Source: a virus (taxonomy: Duplodnaviria > Caudoviricetes). Taken from it: a DNA stretch of 60,090 nt. This document shows, piece by piece, positions 58,042 to 60,090 of the stretch (the first letter of the stretch is position 1; the number at the start of each line of letters is the position of its first letter). Under the pieces are notes generated by a model. That model saw only the letters and a program-made list of their open reading frames with translations. It was not told the DNA's origin and did no database searches. The translations under genes and the position numbers were made by a program. The stretch spans positions 1 to 60,090 of IMG/VR virus record IMGVR_UViG_3300006921_003877, one strand, 5' to 3'.

Positions 58042-58422
58042 TTATTTTTCTATTTTTTGTCCGGTATTTTCACCGTAATACTTATGTATAAATTTTGCAA
58101 TTCTTCTTACATACATTATAATATTCGTAGACTCTGCGTACTTTTTCCACATCGAGTTTACTTCTTTCGGGGTAGGCGCCCCTTCCTTAAGGGTTTCATA
58201 AACATTCTCATAAAGACTAAAAGCCTTTTTAGGGTTCTGAGGCATCATCTCCACTATTCGAGGAAAGGATGGTTTATTTATTACTCTTCTACCATTACCC
58301 TCTTCTTGCTCTTTAGCGATAACAAGTTTTTCTAAATGACCATGAACTTTATTCGTAGCGTCAGTCACCACATCCTCACGGAGTATTCTTCTTAATAATT
58401 TTTTAATATTTTGTTCTGACAT
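58042..58422 (-). CDS. Hypothetical protein with putative capsid-targeting N-terminus
   Basis: Starts MSEQNIKKLLRRILRE/D; TATTTAT motif at 58439. Confidence 0.55.
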   Translation of the reverse strand: MSEQNIKKLLRRILREDVVTDATNKVHGHLEKLVIAKEQEEGNGRRVINKPSFPRIVEMMPQNPKKAFSLYENVYETLKEGAPTPKEVNSMWKKYAESTNIIMYVRRIAKFIHKYYGENTGQKIEK

Positions 58423-58448
58423 AAGATGTTTCTTTATTATAAATATAA

Positions 58449-58814
58449 TTAAATTACTTTAAGTAATAAAGAAAACTCCCGATGTTCTTCCCAACCAGCT
58501 GTTCCTCTACTCCCATACCTAATTTCATTAAGATTAAATTTAGTATGTATATTAAATTCGTTCTCTAAATGCGCTTGGATTATTTCGATTACTTCTCTAA
58601 GTTTACATTTGTGTCCTTTATTCCCTCTTAAAATAAGATAATGGTCATTTTCATTTGAGTCGAGTTTTACCTTATTTATTGTTGCGAAAGATTTTACTTG
58701 ATTATCCAGTGATTCGGAAAGTTCTTGGAGAAAACGATTAAGGTCTTTGGTAACAATCTCGTTGATGTATTTGTTACTCATCCAGTTTAGTATTTTAGAA
58801 TCCGTCTTGAACAT
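58449..58814 (-). CDS. Hypothetical protein
   Basis: 121 aa ORF with ATG start. Confidence 0.5.
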   Translation of the reverse strand: MFKTDSKILNWMSNKYINEIVTKDLNRFLQELSESLDNQVKSFATINKVKLDSNENDHYLILRGNKGHKCKLREVIEIIQAHLENEFNIHTKFNLNEIRYGSRGTAGWEEHREFSLLLKVI

Positions 58815-58875
58815 AAGAAGAATATAAAGATTTTAAGGAAAAAGTGTAGGGGTGTAAAATAAAAAACACCGTCGA

Positions 58876-58949
58876 CCGGTGTATAAATAATGCTCTCTCT
58901 TCTTTGTGTCTACCCCCTTTCCCCCATTTACATTATATATATACACCGG
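58876..58949. repeat. Imperfect inverted repeat in the longest intergenic region
   Basis: ccggtgtataaataatg (58876-58892) versus cattatatatatacaccgg (58931-58949). Confidence 0.7.
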
Positions 58950-59009
58950 AAAAATAAAAAAGACGGTTTTGTTCAAAAAAACTTGGAGAATACATGATAT
59001 TTATAATTG

Positions 59010-60090
59010 ATGAAATATCTTATTAAGAAAATATTATCTGAATCCACCGACTTGTCTAACATGCCAGAAGTCCTAACTAGGTTTCATGATCCTGATGACG
59101 AAGAAGTTCAACAATATCTTAAATTATTCAATTATGACATGGCTAGTGTCTATCATTATTTGGATTCAAAGGGGTATGGGGATGATTTTATTAAAAACTT
59201 AAAAGAAGAGGTCCATAAAGGATTAATGTTTATTATAGATGCCTTACAAATCCAAGACCCTAAAATGTCTAGAGAAGATAAAGAACTTTTTCATGAACAC
59301 ATATTAGAACAATGGTTAAATTCCCACCCAAATGATTTTGATTATGAAACTCAAGAAACTGGAAAAATAATTTATAAAATAGATAAAGGTGATGAGGTTA
59401 ACCTATTTACCAACAAGGATGATATCCAGTACTACGCTGAACATGTTTTTTCCAATGATCCGGACGCTATGGATTTTTTACAGTATACTCCAGATATTTC
59501 TACTGAAGATATAATTACCGCCACTAATAGAGAAAACTTTATGAGAATGGTATTATGGTTTCTTAAAAAATATGAAGGAAAGGTAATTCAGAATTGGCGA
59601 GAAGAATTCCATCCTTGGGTCGAAGAAGATGGTCTTGGTGATGATTCTTTTTATGTGACAAAGGATAGAATGGAAAGTTTCTTAGGTGGAGATTTGGAAA
59701 GTGCTAAATATAATTGGTTGGTTTTTATAACTCATTTGGATGGTGAGGTGGAAAAAGAAGTTGATGAAATGATTGATGAAATGAAATGGACTTGGAGAGA
59801 TAACTGGGGAGCTGCTTTAGAAGATGAATATTATGAAACTTATAAACATGAATTTGAGAAACATATAGGTAAACTTTATGGTGAAACAGATAATGAACGT
59901 TTCTATGATGCAACAAAAGTTTTAGAGTCTGTTCTTTATCATGCTTCTAAGGACGGTATCGAACCAGGTAATGAGCATATATATGAATTAATAATCGATT
60001 ACCATGGTCAAATATCACTAATAGGACCTCAAGATCCATCAATATACAAAGTTAACGAATACTATAACGATATGGTAAAGTATTTATTTA
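59010..60090 (+). CDS. Acidic hypothetical protein, 3' truncated (not in ORF track)
   Basis: MKYLIKKILSE/STDL...; frame appears open to the window end; TATTTAT motif 5 nt upstream. Confidence 0.7.
   Translation, partial: MKYLIKKILSESTDLSNMPEVLTRFHDPDDEEVQQYLKLFNYDMASVYHYLDSKGYGDDFIKNLKEEVHKGLMFIIDALQIQDPKMSREDKELFHEHILEQWLNSHPNDFDYETQETGKIIYKIDKGDEVNLFTNKDDIQYYAEHVFSNDPDAMDFLQYTPDISTEDIITATNRENFMRMVLWFLKKYEGKVIQNWREEFHPWVEEDGLGDDSFYVTKDRMESFLGGDLESAKYNWLVFITHLDGEVEKEVDEMIDEMKWTWRDNWGAALEDEYYETYKHEFEKHIGKLYGETDNERFYDATKVLESVLYHASKDGIEPGNEHIYELIIDYHGQISLIGPQDPSIYKVNEYYNDMVKYLF

Noticed and set aside
261-59916. Many antisense or nested ORFs in the track (e.g. 6946-7374, 12168-12542, 26389-26790, 30185-30601, 43682-44152, 55525-56016, 59725-59916)
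   Set aside because: They lie inside well-supported genes, mostly on the opposite strand, and have Ser/Ile/Phe-rich shadow composition.
1-60090. Stop-codon reassignment as seen in some large phages
   Set aside because: Core genes are full length in code 11, and TAA, TAG (e.g. portal, 5761 gene) and TGA (50064 gene) all end genes at sensible boundaries.
1-60090. tRNA or rRNA genes
   Set aside because: Intergenic gaps are nearly all under 130 nt and no cloverleaf with a T-loop was recognised by eye; tRNAscan-SE would be decisive.

Overview
AT-rich, gene-dense 60 kb segment of a large T4-superfamily tailed phage. It is probably a jumbo myovirus of a marine Bacteroidota (Flavobacteriales-like) host; the host call is inferred from a T9SS C-terminal domain, Gln-after-signal-peptide proteins, SD-less A-rich starts and a type II glutamine synthetase. 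The window holds the end of a UDP-diacetamido-uronic-acid sugar cluster with two glycosyltransferases, phoH and a gp55-like late sigma factor. It then has baseplate genes, cysK and the head module (gp23 MCP, gp22 scaffold, gp21 protease, gp20 portal, gp17 terminase), followed by a Pol-beta nucleotidyltransferase, KTSC, ClpC, M23, DHH and GSII genes. Three things stand out. (1) A roughly 7 kb envelope operon encodes a T9SS-secreted Cys-repeat protein, a predicted outer-membrane beta-barrel, a secreted thioredoxin-fold protein and small membrane proteins. (2) About 18 unrelated proteins share short terminal helices and L/I-x-E sites, suggesting a capsid cargo-loading and polyprotein system. (3) A TATTTAT motif, the reverse complement of the T4 late promoter core, heads about 20 transcription units and often lies only 4-8 nt before the ATG. 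All calls come from reading motifs by eye; no searches were run. No tRNA, rRNA, CRISPR array or mobile element was recognised.
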